Below, in pieces: positions 49,075 to 62,789 of a DNA stretch of 64,000 bases; the first letter of the stretch is position 1; each line of letters begins with the position of its first letter. The translations under genes were made by a program, and so were the position numbers. The notes beneath the pieces were generated by a model. The model was not told where the DNA came from and did not search any database. It was given only the letters and a program-made list of their open reading frames with translations. The stretch comes from Podarcis liolepis (Eukaryota): NCBI GenBank assembly GCA_965112155.1, contig OZ218109.1. One strand, written 5' to 3'.

Positions 49075-50832
49075 TTCACAACATAAAATGAATGGGCCTA
49101 ATTTAGTCATGTGCATTCATTTCTACAGGTCTCCCCTGAGTGAAGCTTCAGCTGAATGTCTCCCCTATTTTAAGAAACTAAAACGGATGAAACTTCTGGA
49201 GCAAGGAGCCACTGACGACGACAATTGATGCTTATTTGTTTAGGATTAAACAAAACAACTTTTGTTTAATACTAGGACAAAACTCCCATGTAACCTTCAT
49301 GAGGGGTGACCAGCACATTGCCATCTCAGAAATCCTCCAGCTTCTCTGGCCAGCTTTGATAAAGGAAAATGCAATGATCTCAGTGGCTGAACACATGGAG
49401 AACGGCTCCAGCTTTGATACCCAGCAAGCAGGACAGCGAAACCCTGGAGATGGACCAATGGCCTGGCTTTGTCTATGACAACTTCCTGTGTTCCTAGAGC
49501 TGCCCTTGAGGCATGTGAGCATCAACGCAATGTGTGAAAGGCTATGGACAAGGTAACGAGTTAATTGCACGGCAGAATAAGACACCTGGCCTAGCCAGAT
49601 GGGTCTGCTACAATTTGTTCCGGGTAACCTGTCTCCAAAAGACATCATGTCCCAATGAACTTTTAAAGCGATTGCTAATTGCGAATGGAAACCGCTTGCT
49701 TTTGTTTAGGGGCAATAACAGAAAGTGGTGGTGGATTTGGGAGAACTTTAGCGGAAGGAAGGAAGAACGCCCCAGTATAGATTCAAAGAGGGGGCAGCTG
49801 CTTACGAAAACGGAAACCTCCTCCTGCACAGCAGGGGGTTGGACTAGATGACCCTGGGATTCCCATCCCCCCAACGCTACAATTCTATGAAATCAGATTC
49901 TGTTCTCTTGCTGGCAATTTAAGTGTGTGCAATAAAGTGCCGTCAGGGGGCAGTGCAGCACTTAGAAAGCCAGGACAATAGTTTCCAGACTTGTTCCCTT
50001 CAATCCTTTCTGCGTGGACATTATCCCTATGTATCTGCCATGCAAACACTGCCATGCTGCAGAGAATTCTAGGCATGCGTGCACCCCCAAATGTGCACAC
50101 ACAACGCCACCAACCATATCAACTGACAGGGCACCTTAGAGAGCCCCCCAACACCCCCTTTGCACAGGCAGGCTGTACAGAAGCCATCGTCCACAGAGCT
50201 CCTCTGGCATTGCAGGTACCCTAACAGAGGAACCTCTGAGAGGCTTCCACACAGTCTGAAAACCTCTGAGCTGAGGCCGTGCCAAACGGCGCTGGCGCTG
50301 ATGTGGATTTTCAAAGGGGGAGCCGTGTCAAGGCTGCTGCAGTGGCCCTGACAGGAAGACTTTGAGGCTCTTGAATGTTATTGTGGCATAAGCTTCCGTG
50401 GTCCAGATTCTACACAATCTGCGGAGAACCCCTGGAGACTGAATGTGGGCCCTCCACGCCTCATTATCTGGCCCTCAAAACTCTCCCCCCAGGCCACCCT
50501 CCTTGCTGGCCCAATTTGGCACCCCAAGTATCTTTGTCTGGCTGGATAATGCCTCTGGGAGGAAGATAAGAGGGGGCATGTAGGAACTAGACCATTGACC
50601 AGAGCTAAAATTTGCATTTGCTGTTCTGCCTCCTTTTGCCTATAGCCCTGCCCAGGGTTGAGATGTGGCCCTTGGAAGCTTGCCCAGAAGGTAATTTGGC
50701 CCTTGGAGTGAAAAAGATCCCCCATCCCTGACCGTTAACAACTGATGGAAGTAGATTCTTGGGCGCAAAAGCTCTTATGCCTTAGCCCAACGACTGGACG
50801 GTCCCACATTGGCTACTCCTCAGTGGTGTGTG

Positions 50833-51272
50833 TGTCAGGAGTTCAGCCTACACTCGAGTAGGACCCTGGCAGAGACACATGCCCGACAGGCATGTTCTCT
50901 CCCTCCTGGGCGTTCGTTCGGAAGCTTCAAAAGCTTTCTTCAGCCCGAACATCACAGCGAGTGCCAACAGACACCGGCACACTTAGGGATCCGCAGAGTT
51001 TGCACAACATGCGTAACATACCTTAGCAACTCAGCATTTTGGCTAATCTACTTTATTTACATATAAACACACACGGAGCACTGTAACATGGCTCCCTCTC
51101 TCTCTAGCATGAGATAGCAAAGAGAAAAAGAACAAAGGACAATAGTCCCACTTCACGAAACACAATAACACAAACGTCCTGTTTCCGTCACTTCCCACTC
51201 TGTGGAGTCAAAACACATACCGTCATGTGAAAGACAACAATCCCATGACTGCAATCATGGAGCAGGAATTCT
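50833..51272 (-). mobile_element. Probable solo LTR inserted in a (TG)n tract
   Basis: ~440-bp CpG-retaining block with a TGTCAGG end, AATAAA on the minus strand (~51052), and TG repeats on both flanks; the other terminus is incomplete. Confidence 0.45.
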
Positions 51273-52430
51273 GTGTGTGTGTGTGTGTGACCATCTCTCT
51301 GCCTAACTCACCTCACAGGGCTGTTGTGAGGATAAGATGAGATACCTCCATTTTATCCTGAGCTCCTTGCAGGAAGGAGTTGAAACACAATCAGTGAGCA
51401 AACACACATTTTGAATCCTCGCTGCACACCCGTATCATTCCCCTCTCTCTTGTCCGCTATGCCTACGGCTTTCTTTCACTGAGCTTGGATAGCACACCTA
51501 GCTGGGTTTACACTTATGTAAGCAAAATGAGGCCGCCCTGGTCACACACCGAGAGTTGTGCCTCTTTTCTTTGTGCTGTAGGTCACAGGCCTTACTGGAT
51601 AGAAGTGCTTCTCTCTATTTCTTCTTCCTTCGTGCCTCCCCAACACACACAACTCTCTCTCCCTCTCCTTCTCTGCTTCAGAACTAAGAGCGGCTCCTTC
51701 CCACACAAACAAGCTAATAGGACTTGAGCGAAACGTCTTCATTGACCTGACAATGTATTATGAGGGCACGCTCCTTATATAAAGCACCGCATAACACTGT
51801 CCTGGTGCCCGAGGTTAATAACGACAGCAACAAAAACAGGCTCCACGTTTTGCTAAGAGACAGAAACTTGTTCGAAGTAGGGGAAAGAACTTGAACCAGG
51901 GTCTTCATGAATCCAAAGACAACTCTCTATTCACCGGCACTACAATGACTCATTTATTCCCTCTGCGGCTTTAAATTGGCAGGCGGCGGGGAGGGCTGCG
52001 TTTGTTAGATAGCAACCCATTCTCTTCCCATTGCTCTCCCTCTCCCAGAACATCTTCCATCATTGCAGTTCATGAAACGGGCACAATGCTATACCTACCA
52101 TTGCTTGGTCCCGAGGAGCATAACCTGGTAGGCAAATTTGTATAAATCAGTCTTTCCCAACCTGGTGCCCTCCAGCAAAAATAATAATAATGGGGTGTGT
52201 GTGTTAAAAATGGTACAGCCATGTTGGTTGGGACTGATGGGAGCTGTATTAAAAACTAGGAAGGGGGCATGAGATTGCGGAAGAAGGTTCCCCTTAAGAC
52301 TGGTGTTCTACTGCAGGTGAGGTGGTTGTTGAACACAACTGAAACAGGGGACCTTCTGCATACAAAGTACACACCCTTGGATTTGTGGCACAATTGCCTA
52401 TATTAAAAACAAAAACAAAACCCCACGTAC

Positions 52431-52579
52431 CTGTGTGCTATAGCAGGTTTATGTCCTTCTCCTTTACACCAAGGGACATCTTCGTGCAGGTACGAGAGTC
52501 CGCGAGCCATGGTTTCTGCTATATGGCAGAGTTCGTTCCAGCTGACAATGTTCCCTTTCAGGTAGTCAGTCAAAGAGCC
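52431..52579 (-). CDS. ACVR2B: ACVR2B exon 7
   Basis: [49 protein letters not shown](R); acceptor ttcttccag, donor AG|GTACGT; 149 nt; translated by hand. Confidence 0.97.
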
Positions 52580-54359
52580 CTGGAAGAATCAGAACATGAT
52601 GTGTAGCAAGGATTCCCTTCCCTATCCTCACCCTGGCTGCTCAAAAGACCCTTATTGCAGCTAGATATAGTTATGAGGGGCATTCAGTTCACAATAGTTA
52701 TTTATTTAAACAATTTGCCATTATTCAGAGACAATGGAGTGTGCCTCCGGGGGTCTGGAGAATCACAGCGCCTGCTGTGGCTGCAGAAACCAGCAACTGC
52801 TACTTCCCATGTGTTGTTGTTGTTGTTTTGCTGTGTTAGCAGCATCAAAGTGACCTCTCTGGGGTGCAAGTCTGGGCAGGATGTATAGAGGTCCTGGGCC
52901 GCCCAGGTGACAAGACCTCCTACTTGGCCTCTTAAAAAATGTATAATATTGCTTAGCTACAATAGTCACTATAGTAGTTTGCAAGAATACAATACCAAAC
53001 AAAAAGTCAAAACTATAAAATCAATCTTAAATGCCAGCTGGAATAAAAAATAGTCTTTAGTAGGTGCTGGAAATTCAGTAGGGAAGAGGGCTATCCGATG
53101 GCCGTGCATTCAAGCCATGGGGAGCCACTAACAATAACCCTTAACTTGGCCCAGTAACCTATGGGCAGCTCATGCAGACTTCTGGGCACTGGAGTTGTGT
53201 GCTGGCGATAGTCTGTCCCCATCAATGGTCTAGTCACAGCCGCTTTGCACCAACTGGAACCTCTGGGCTAGGCTCAGGGGGAGCTCCACAGAGGCTGCAT
53301 TTCAATCACAGGCATAATCCTGACCAAGTAAAGTGCTTTAAGGCTGCAATCCAGTGTACATTTACCTGGGGGTTGTCCCACTGAACACAGTGGGAGTTAC
53401 ACCTGAGTAAAACCGGTATATGATAATGAGTTGCAAGTAGTGTTCCTTTCAACGGGAGAGCTAAAGATAGGCTTCAGTTTCCCCTCTGGAATAAAAGGGA
53501 TTTAAAGCTGCTTAACTTTTGGCTGCATGGCACCAAATTGTCTGAAAAGCCCCTATTGATTTCCAGCTTCTGCGGAAAGAACTCGGCAAGTTTCTCGAAC
53601 CTTAGGTCGCACCCTGAGCAGAAAAATCCTCTCTCTTTTTCTCTAAAAGCAGAGGTATGTTTTCATTTTGGACATAAGAAGCCCACAAAAAAAAAATACC
53701 CTCTGGGCTAAGCAGCCTTAACTGTGGCAAAATTGCACAACCTGATGACGTCTGTATAAGAACGGCAAGGGAGCCCCACTGTGGTTCCCACCTGCGATGT
53801 TGTGGCTGATGTGTACATACCACGTTCCACCCGTCCAGAGAAGCAGCCACACCCCTGGTCCCATAAACTCATTTTCAGTGCCACCTACCCTACCCTATAA
53901 AAAGCATTAATCAGAATGGGAGGGGGGGGGTGTTGCACGACCCACCAAGGAACATAGTAATGCAATGAAATTCAAAACAGTAACCCTCAGTTTCACATTT
54001 ATTCAAAGTGCACTTAAAACTATTTAGTTTAATTAATTCTACAAAAGTGATGAACCTAAATCAGGTGACACCAGATTTTCAAAGTCTGATGGCCGTTTCC
54101 ACCTCCAGCAGTCCCCATTCTGCCCCCTTGCTTCTTAATTCTCCTCTAGGTAATCCCGCCGTCTCTCAGGAGGTGGAAGCACTGATAAAGAGGGTCTTTG
54201 AATGAATTGGTGAATAAAGGAAGTAGGATCTGAAACTAAACTCCTTCCCCACTGTTTATCCCATCTCTTTCCCTTCTCTTAGTTTTGCCCTGCTTCTGGG
54301 AGGGTGAGTGGGCTTTTAAAACCTGCCTCATCTCTTGGCTTCCCCTACAAGGGGAAGAG

Positions 54360-54361
<2 letters not shown>

Positions 54362-54404
<43 letters not shown>

Positions 54405-54412
54405 TGTGTGTG
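54362..54412. repeat. (GT)n microsatellite
   Basis: About 25 GT units with one interruption. Confidence 0.95.
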
Positions 54413-54489
54413 TAGAGTTGCTTCCCCTTCAGTTTGCTTCAGGTCTTCCTGCAGCTATCGAGATGACAACACAGTCACACATCTGTTAC

Positions 54490-54633
54490 CTTGTCGTGGT
54501 AAGCTGTGATCAGCCACAGCTCTGCCTCCAAGTTTGTTCCTCGCTTCTCTGCCGCAATGAACTGCAAAAGGTTTTCGTGCTTCATGCCTGGGGTGTTGAA
54601 AATCTCCCTCTCGCTCTGCCAGGATTGTTTATC
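54490..54633 (-). CDS. ACVR2B: ACVR2B exon 6
   Basis: [48 protein letters not shown]; AG/GT flanks; 144 nt. Confidence 0.97.
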
Positions 54634-56348
54634 CTGTGGGTAGGGCAGGGGGAAAGAAAGATAAATGCTTGGAGAGGGGTGCCGTATGGAATGGGGAATC
54701 CTATAAAAATGGGCATTCGTGAAGCTACGTGGCTGCAAATGTTGTACAAAAATCCCACTCATCACAGAACTCTAGGAGCATTTGCACAAGGGCTCGTAAG
54801 AAGTGGCTTGTTCAGTGGTTGATTTCAACAGCAAAATATGATCCATACACCCCTCAGCCAAACATCTGATTGCACCCGTGCATATTCACCTATGAATATT
54901 GAAGTGTTTTGGACATGCTGCCAGTCTTTGTCAACAGCATTGGAGCCAAATGGAGAGTCTGACCTAGTATATGGCAGCTTAATGCTTTGCAATGGGAAGA
55001 GACTTACATTGCTTTCTTGCGGGTAGGATAATTTCCCCAGGAGAAGAATTTTAAAACTTGTTTGTTGCCACACTATTCCAATTCAGTCGCTTCTCCATGT
55101 CTCCATTTAAGCTTGATGGGCATAACTTTCTAGTGTCAACCTTAACTGATGCTTCCCCCTTTGGAGTTTTTTTGAACAATGCAACTAAAATTACATTGGT
55201 ACAAAAAAACTAAGAGAGGGGAAACTGCACATGTGTTTGCACATAACACAAAGCCATGGTTTGTTTTACATGCAAATGAATAAGCTGTGACTCCAAAGCT
55301 TGTCTTATTTTCCAGCTGCTCTTAGAGCCTTCTGCCTCTGTGGCCTTGCAAGTATCTGGGATGGGGTGGCCAAAAGGTTGCTGAGTTCTGACCAAACCAG
55401 AGTTAAAAGTTAAACAAGCCATTCTTCATGAGCCAAGAACAAACCTTGACTTCAGATTGTGGTTTGTTGATAGAAAAGAAATCATGATTAGGCTGGAGGG
55501 GTCGGTTCAGATAGCCAAACAAACCTTGACTTTGGTTGAACACAGCACGACTTAGCTTTATGTGCAAACCATGATGCCATTGTACATCACCCAGAATACC
55601 TTCTTTGGCAAAACGCACACACAAGTTCTATTAAATAATGCAACTATTCCTACAAAACTCCAGCTGGAGAAATTTTGCAGTTTCACTTAACTAGGAAACA
55701 TAGAGTTTTAAAATGAAAGTTCTGTTATCCAACATTTCCCACCTATCCGTTGTGTCAAAGAGAAAGGAAGAGAACCAAATAAAGCTTAGCTAAAGGTTTT
55801 CAAAAGCTACACAGAAAAGAACAAGAACTAGATAGACGTTAACCAGATTTAAACCTTTTGTGTGTAATCTTAACAGTTACAGCTTTCTAATCTGGATTAG
55901 GGCAGGATATCCAACTAGTTAGTCAGAGCTGGCTTGGAACAGATGACGTTAAAATCTTCTTTAAATCCACGATGGCAAACAAATTGTGGAGGATTAAAAA
56001 GAATAAGGGACAGTGTTTAAAGATTTCTCAGACTACAGCTAAACTACAGACTTAAGAACTGGTTCAACAATCATTCCCTCAGTCATGGGGATCCTTAGGA
56101 ATTTTACTTTTGTGGGGAAAGAGAAGTAGGGTTCACTGGGAGAGAATCCTCAGCATCTTCATCCTGCTTTCAAAATTATTTGGGGAACATCTCAGGGGAT
56201 TAAACTGGTGGAACAGAAAGTATGGATAGGCCTGCAGCCAACTTGTAGATATGCTTCTCTGTTCCATAATTCTAGACATGATAACTCCGAAAGCACAGCT
56301 GAAAATTGTGCACCAAGGCAACTTAAGCAGGCATCTAAAACCTGTATA

Positions 56349-56700
56349 AAGGTAAAGGGACCCCTGACCATTAAATCCAGTCGCGGACAACTCGGGTTGT
56401 GGCGCTCATCTCGCTTTACTGGCTGAGGGAGCCGGCGTTTGTCCGCAGACAGCTTCCGGGTCATGTGGCCAGCATGACTAAGCAGCTTCTGGCGAACCAG
56501 AGCAGCGCATGGAAACGCCGTTTACCTCCCCATCAAAATGGTACCTATTTATCTACTTGCACTTTGATGTGCTTTCGAACTGCTAGGTTGGCAGAAACTG
56601 GGAATGAGCAACGGGAGCTCATCCCGTTGCGGGGATTCAAACCGCCGACCTTCTGATCGGCAAGCCCTAGGCTCAGTGGTTTAGACCACAGAGCCACCCA
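56349..56700 (-). mobile_element. Near full-length Sauria SINE
   Basis: Family match to the other copies; TSD AACCTGTATA (56339-56348 / 56702-56711). Confidence 0.9.
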
Positions 56701-58405
56701 TAACCTGTATACAGACCCATAAATCCCCTTCCACACCTCTCTCCTCGTTAATACGGTTTTACTCCAATCAGTGATGGGCAAACAATGTATTGACTTCTTC
56801 GACATCACCAAATGGTGCACACAATCAAGTTCTGGATTAGGAATGCTTCCAGTGCTGCGTAAACAGAGTTCCACCTGTGCGAAAGGATTTTCTCTGATTC
56901 TTTCTGCCTGCCCCCACCAGATCCACTCTGGGCATTTCCCCAAACTTCTGGATCAGACTTTGAGGGGCGTGGGGTGGGGCTACAGGAGGAGGTTCTGTTG
57001 CACAATCAGAAGTGGGAAAACAAACTAACAAGCCACAGCTAACCAGTGTTTCCTGTGACATCCAACCTTGGAACTATGGTTAAGGGCTTCTAAGCAGGCC
57101 AGGATTTGTAAGATTACTCTAAACTGTCTCGTTCGGAAGCTGTGAATCGGAGTTTCCTGATTCACACATTGCCAAGCTAAGGCCGACTACAGTTTTCTGA
57201 CTTATGGGGGAGGAGCAAAAGGGCCCCAACGTCTAAGCACCAAGTATTTTCTCTACAGTGCCAACGTGGCACACTGTTCCATCCTGTTTCCAGAACAGAA
57301 AAGAAGTGCGGACATTTCAGAGGAGTGCCCATTTAGAAAAAAACCAAAAAGAAACAACCAAGAAAACGTTGTTAATTATGCAGAAGGTAAGTGCTGTTCT
57401 TAGATAAATGAGTCACTGATTTTCTAGGTACAAACAGCAATTTAAAACAGGCTATTTGCTTTCAGCCCTGGGCCAAAGCTTTAATACACAAAGTGGGTGT
57501 GGGGGTGCTTGTGGGGGTGGAATGCCTAGAGGTCTCCCAAAGCTGTTTTTTTTTTTAAAAAAACAGAGCCATCTCTGCTAATCACAAAACACTTGATCAG
57601 CTCAGATTTATAATGGAACCACAGTGGAGATGATACGCCACTTTTGCAATTAACCATTGCGCAGATGGTTTTTTAAAAGGTAATGGCAAGCACAGGAGGT
57701 TCCCACTCACCCTGTGATCGCTCTTTGCATGGGTAGAAAATCCCCCTTTGGCATAAATGCAAGTAGCAAGCATTGGTGTGTGTGTGTGTGTTTCCTGCAA
57801 AGCTTCCATGGCACACCACCTCACCAGCCAGGGTCTCTATCTGAACTGGGGGAAGAGGGGAGGGCAGATGCTATTTACTTCTTAAAACCCCATTCACACA
57901 ACTGCTTATTGAAAGCATGGAGCCTTGTCTAGTTTGGCTCTGCCACGAGATCCGTTCCGAGGTCTTTTGGGTGCTGCAGAGCAAGGTTCTTTCATATCAC
58001 TAGCGAAACAGAAATATGTAATGTCTGAACTCAAGCGAAAGTGCCCTGCAGATGTCAATGTGTGGTTATCAGCCCAGCTCATAAACGGCAAGCCCTGCGG
58101 GAGGTGGAGGTTGCTAACGAGATAAATGAGGTGGGAGCCCTTGAACTTTTGTGTCCAGTGAGGGTGCCAAATGCCGCTCCCTTTCTCGCAGCAGATAGCC
58201 AACCTGAAGGCCCAAGAATTCAAGGAGTTCTACATTTGCTTATGGGGTAGACCTCCCAGCTCCAAGGGCACCCCATCTTCTATGCACCTTAGCCATTTTC
58301 TTACTGATTTAAATCTATGCAGCTCAAGGAGGATGGCATTTAATAGACACTGCATTACGTAGCAACAGAGAATCCTGAGTTTTACCCAAATCAGACCCGT
58401 ATATA

Positions 58406-58651
58406 CCGTATTTTTTGCTCTATAAGACGACGCACCTAGTTTTTGGAGGAGGAAAACAAGAAAAAAAATATTCTGAATCTCAGAAGCCAGAACAGCAAGA
58501 GGGATCGCTGCACAGTGAAAGCAGCAATCCCTCTTGCTGTTCTGGCTTCTGGGATAGCTGCGCAGCCTGCATTCACTCCATAAGACGCACACACATTTCC
58601 CCCTTACTTTTTAGGAGGGAAAAAGTGAGTCTTATAGAGCAAAAAATACGG
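58406..58651. mobile_element. Tc2/pogo-like MITE
   Basis: TA|CCGTATTTTTTGCTCTATAAGAC...GTCTTATAGAGCAAAAAATACGG|TA. Confidence 0.88.
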
Positions 58652-58831
58652 TAATTAAAAATAAACTGGCAACTTGCTGCTGGCACCAGCCAGATTCCAA
58701 TAGTTTCCACACCTACGTGCTGGTCAGTCTCCATATTTTCTCACAAAGTGTTCTGTGTGCAGCCTGCATGTAAGAGACCATGTAAGAGACCTGTGGTCTG
58801 GTCTCACTGACCAATCCACCCACATAACTTA

Positions 58832-59539
58832 CCGTATTTTTCGCACTATAGGACGCACATTTTCTCTCCTAAAAAGCAAGGGAAAATGTGTGTGCGTCCT
58901 ATGGAGCGAATGCAGGGGGGAGGCAGTCGGGAAAAGCCCCCAAGAGCCGCACACAAGCTCCGTGCACTCTTGCGGGCTTTTCCCCAGGAGGGAGAAATGA
59001 CTGACTGGCCACAGCAGTTGCTTCTCCCACCTCCCAGAAAAGCCAGGAGAAGCCGCGATCTCTTTAAAGGGGTTGTACGGCTTCTGCGGGCTTTTGCGAG
59101 AGGTGAGGGAATCCCCCCACCTCCCAGGAAAGCCAGAAGAAGCCGTGCAGCCCTTTTAAAGTGTGCGCGGCTTCTGCCGGTTTTGCGAAAGGTGAGGGAA
59201 TCCCCCCACCTCCCAGAAAAGCCAGGAAAGCCCTGTGCAGCGTCTCCCGGCAAGGAGAGGCTGCATGGGGCTATGGATTCTTTAGCCCCACGCAGCCTCT
59301 CCCGGGAGGGAGAGGATGCACGAGGCTAAAGGGGAAGCCAAAACAGCGAGCGGGATCCATCCCGCCCCCTGCCTTGGCTTGCTCCATAGCTGCGCGCAAC
59401 CCCTCCGGCAGGGAGAGGTTGTGCGCAGCCTGTACACTGCTCTTTGGGGCTGGGGGGGAAATATTTTTTTCTTGATTTCCCCCCCTAAAAACTGGGTGCG
59501 CCCTGTGGTCCGGTGCGGCCTATGGTGCGAAAAATACGG
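58832..59539. mobile_element. Larger Tc2/pogo-like non-autonomous element with internal tandem repeats
   Basis: TA|CCGTATTTTTCGCACTATAGG...CCTATGGTGCGAAAAATACGG|TA; GC-rich interior. Confidence 0.88.
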
Positions 59540-60031
59540 TAGCAAAAAGAACACTAGATGTTGGGAAGGGGGGAGCATTCCCCACTGTAGTCCTTCGTTC
59601 AGGCGCTCCATGGTGTCTCCGCAGATTTGTGGTTGAAGACGGGAGACGACACACCCAATGCATTATATTCTTCCTATTGATTTTTAATTGCATCTTTTAT
59701 TGCATCTTTCGTTTCTTGTATTGCATTTTACTACGCTGGAATTTGAATGGTACGAAACACAATACGTAAGAAATAAAAGAAGCAATAAAAATACAATTTA
59801 AAACCACACAGCATCTAGCTGCAATACAGGCGGAAAAACCACCAAATGGTTCACTAAGACCCTCCGTGATTTTCAAGCGGTCCAAAGGGCGAAAGTTCAG
59901 GAACCACTGACATTGTGGGGATTTCATATCCCAATATCTTTTTAATGTGACTTTTGATTCTCCACCAACCCACAGTGCTTTTATATTGTGTCTCTCCATT
60001 ATAATTGCTCGTGGCAGCGTACAATGCAAAA

Positions 60032-60200
60032 CAGTGGCGTAGCGTGGGTTGTCAGCACCCAGGGCAAGGCAAGTAATTTGCGCCCCCTAACCCGTGGGTT
60101 TGCGCCCCCTAACCCGTGGATTTGCGCCCCCTAACCCTAACCCCCAGATGTTGCGCCCGGTGCGGCCGGGCCCCCCTGCACCCCCCACGCTACGTCACTG
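60032..60200. mobile_element. hAT MITE with perfect 8-bp TSD
   Basis: TIR CAGTGGCGTAGCGTGGG / CCCACGCTACGTCACTG; TSD ATGCAAAA (60024-60031 / 60201-60208). Confidence 0.92.
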
Positions 60201-60242
60201 ATGCAAAATAAACCAAGAGTACATTGGGGACAACCATACCAG

Positions 60243-60390
60243 AGTGTTGTGCTGATAGCACCAAGGTTGCAAGTTTGATCTCTGTATGGGATAGCTGAAT
60301 ATTCCTGAAATTGCAGGGGGCCGGACTGGATGATCCTCAGGGTCCCTTCTAACTCCAATGAGCCTATGATCTATGGTCTGTGATCTATGG
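60243..60390 (+). mobile_element. tRNA-head / CR1-tail SINE fragment
   Basis: AAGGTTGCAAGTTTGATC head, GCAGGGGG..GGACT..ATGATCCTC.GGGTCCCTTC core, (CTATGAT)n tail. Confidence 0.6.
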
Positions 60391-60682
60391 TCTACATCAA
60401 GAAACAAAGAAGCAGCAAACCAACCCAAAGGAGAAGGAATACGAGACTCGTAGAAAGTCTGGGCCTCCATATGGTGTTGGACTACAATTCCCATCATGCC
60501 CTGGCCATTGGGCCATGTGGCTGGAGCTGATGGGAATTGAATAAAAATAGCATCTGGGGAGCCACAGGTTTCCAGGCACTTGGCTTGAAGTTTGAAACAG
60601 CCCATACGGTCTCCAGGTGCGCCAGTATTTCTGATCCTACAAATGGCCGCTCAATTAAAAACGGGGCTCCGGTTAAAAATCA

Positions 60683-61123
<441 letters not shown>

Positions 61124-61319
61124 TTAGAAGTAGTACGACTCATGCAACACGTTGGCGACTAATATACACACAATAATTATACATTCTTTATCCATCTTCT
61201 GAGAAAAATAAAAAACCTTGTGCAAAGCCACAGAAACTTGCAAACTACCCAGTCTAAGATGAACTTACAATGTCTGATTTCAATAGATTTTTCAAATGCT
61301 TAACTCAGTCTTTTGTTTT

Positions 61320-61551
61320 CTTTATCTTTTTAGGCAAGTTCATGAAGATACCAACAAAAGACAAGTTCGGTGTTGTTCACAATACCGAGAGATGCTTGTG
61401 AAGTTGTACTTGGACTGCCAGGTGCAAAACTCCTGTCTACAACTTCATTAACATCCATCTGCAACTTCACTACTGTCTCTTGGTATTGTGAAATACACCA
61501 AACTTACCTTTTGTTGGTATCTTCATCAACTTGCCTAAAAAAAATAAAAAG
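61320..61551. repeat. Long inverted repeat (about 90-bp arms, about 50-bp loop)
   Basis: TTTTTAGGCAAGTTCATGAAGATACCAACAAAAG (left) pairs with CTTTTGTTGGTATCTTCATCAACTTGCCTAAAAA (right); inner arms TTCACAATACC/GGTATTGTGAA and GTGAAGTTG/CAACTTCAC. Confidence 0.85.
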
Positions 61552-62217
61552 TAATATTCTGTATGAGATATTCAAAGTTGTTTTGTGGCGACTATGACAC
61601 TTTTTCTTGGCCATACCTAGACCGCCCTGCCTTCCCCAATTACGTTTGAAACAGAGTACGGGGAGCCATTTTGTTTTGTGTGGTGTTTTTTTTAAAAAAC
61701 AACAACACAGAACAAACTGGGTGGAAAGGTCCGTTTAATCTACCATCCAGCCAAATAGTAGCCAGTTAAGACACCTCTGGGAAGCTCACAAACGGTGCTC
61801 AAAGGGACAGTTTCTTTCTCTTGTTTCTCCCCAGCATCTGGTTCTCAGGAGGTAAACAGCCTGTATTTATGGGATTGCACTAAGTTAAAGGCGCTTTTGC
61901 GGAGTGCTTATTGCGCAGTCAAAACATTGATGCGCAAGCGGAAAGGCAAGTACATTACTAAAGGTACTTACGCAACAGGTTGCACAACAGCAACCAGCTG
62001 TTGCACGAGGGGAAAAGAAAACCACATGGCTGAAGACTGTCGCGCCACGGATTCCACAGCAAGAACTGGCTATTGCGCAAGGAGAATCAGCAGCTTCTCC
62101 CCTGTTTATCTGCCCAGCTCTCCCTTTCTAAATCCCGTTTGCAGAAGCGGTTTCTGCAAATGCTTAGCCGCCTGAAACCACCCTTAGTTTCCCAGGTGCC
62201 CCTTGCTTCTCGCCTAC

Positions 62218-62369
62218 CTCACTGATGTCGACGTGCCCGTAGGGGGGCTTGCGGTGACGGTACATCCAGAAGGCAAGGAGAATGGCGATGGAGAGGGCAA
62301 TGATGGGAAGCAGAGAGTAAACCAGAATGTTGAGCAGCGAGAGGCTTGGCGGCGGAGGCTCATAGACCA
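62218..62369 (-). CDS. ACVR2B: ACVR2B exon 4 (juxtamembrane + transmembrane)
   Basis: Acceptor ttcctgcag, donor GAG|GTAGGC; [50 protein letters not shown]. Confidence 0.96.
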
Positions 62370-62789
62370 CTGCAGGAAGAGGAGGGAAGGAACAGTAAGG
62401 ATCCCAGGCAGGGTAAGAATTGTCTTGCCGCTTAAGACGAAATGACCGTTCGCTCCAGCATCCCAAGGCAGAATTCCATCACCCTGGTTGGATTTTGGTT
62501 CTTAATTTATTTTAATTTGTTTATTGCGTTAATACCCCCAAAAGGTTGGCTAGGCTGAGAGACAGTTGGCTGCCTCCACGGTCACATATGGCTGAGTGGG
62601 GATTTGAGTTTATACAGAATATAATAGGCTATTAATATCTGCATGCATTAATAGGATAATAACACTATATCAATTTATATAAGACTGTATAGGAGTTTAT
62701 TACACTGCATTTTTGTTAATGCACCTCTTTGATCTGTTTTCCCTCACACACCCACACCCTGTTCTGCCCGCACAGGGGTCAGTTATTTA

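Noticed and set aside
58755-59636. Several 100-150 aa ORFs with repeated peptides
   Set aside because: They arise from GC-rich tandem repeats inside a TIR-bounded non-autonomous transposon; no transposase motifs.
60077-60145. CRISPR-like array or true interstitial telomere
   Set aside because: Eukaryotic context, no unique spacers, only two adjacent CCCTAA units, and entirely inside a hAT MITE.
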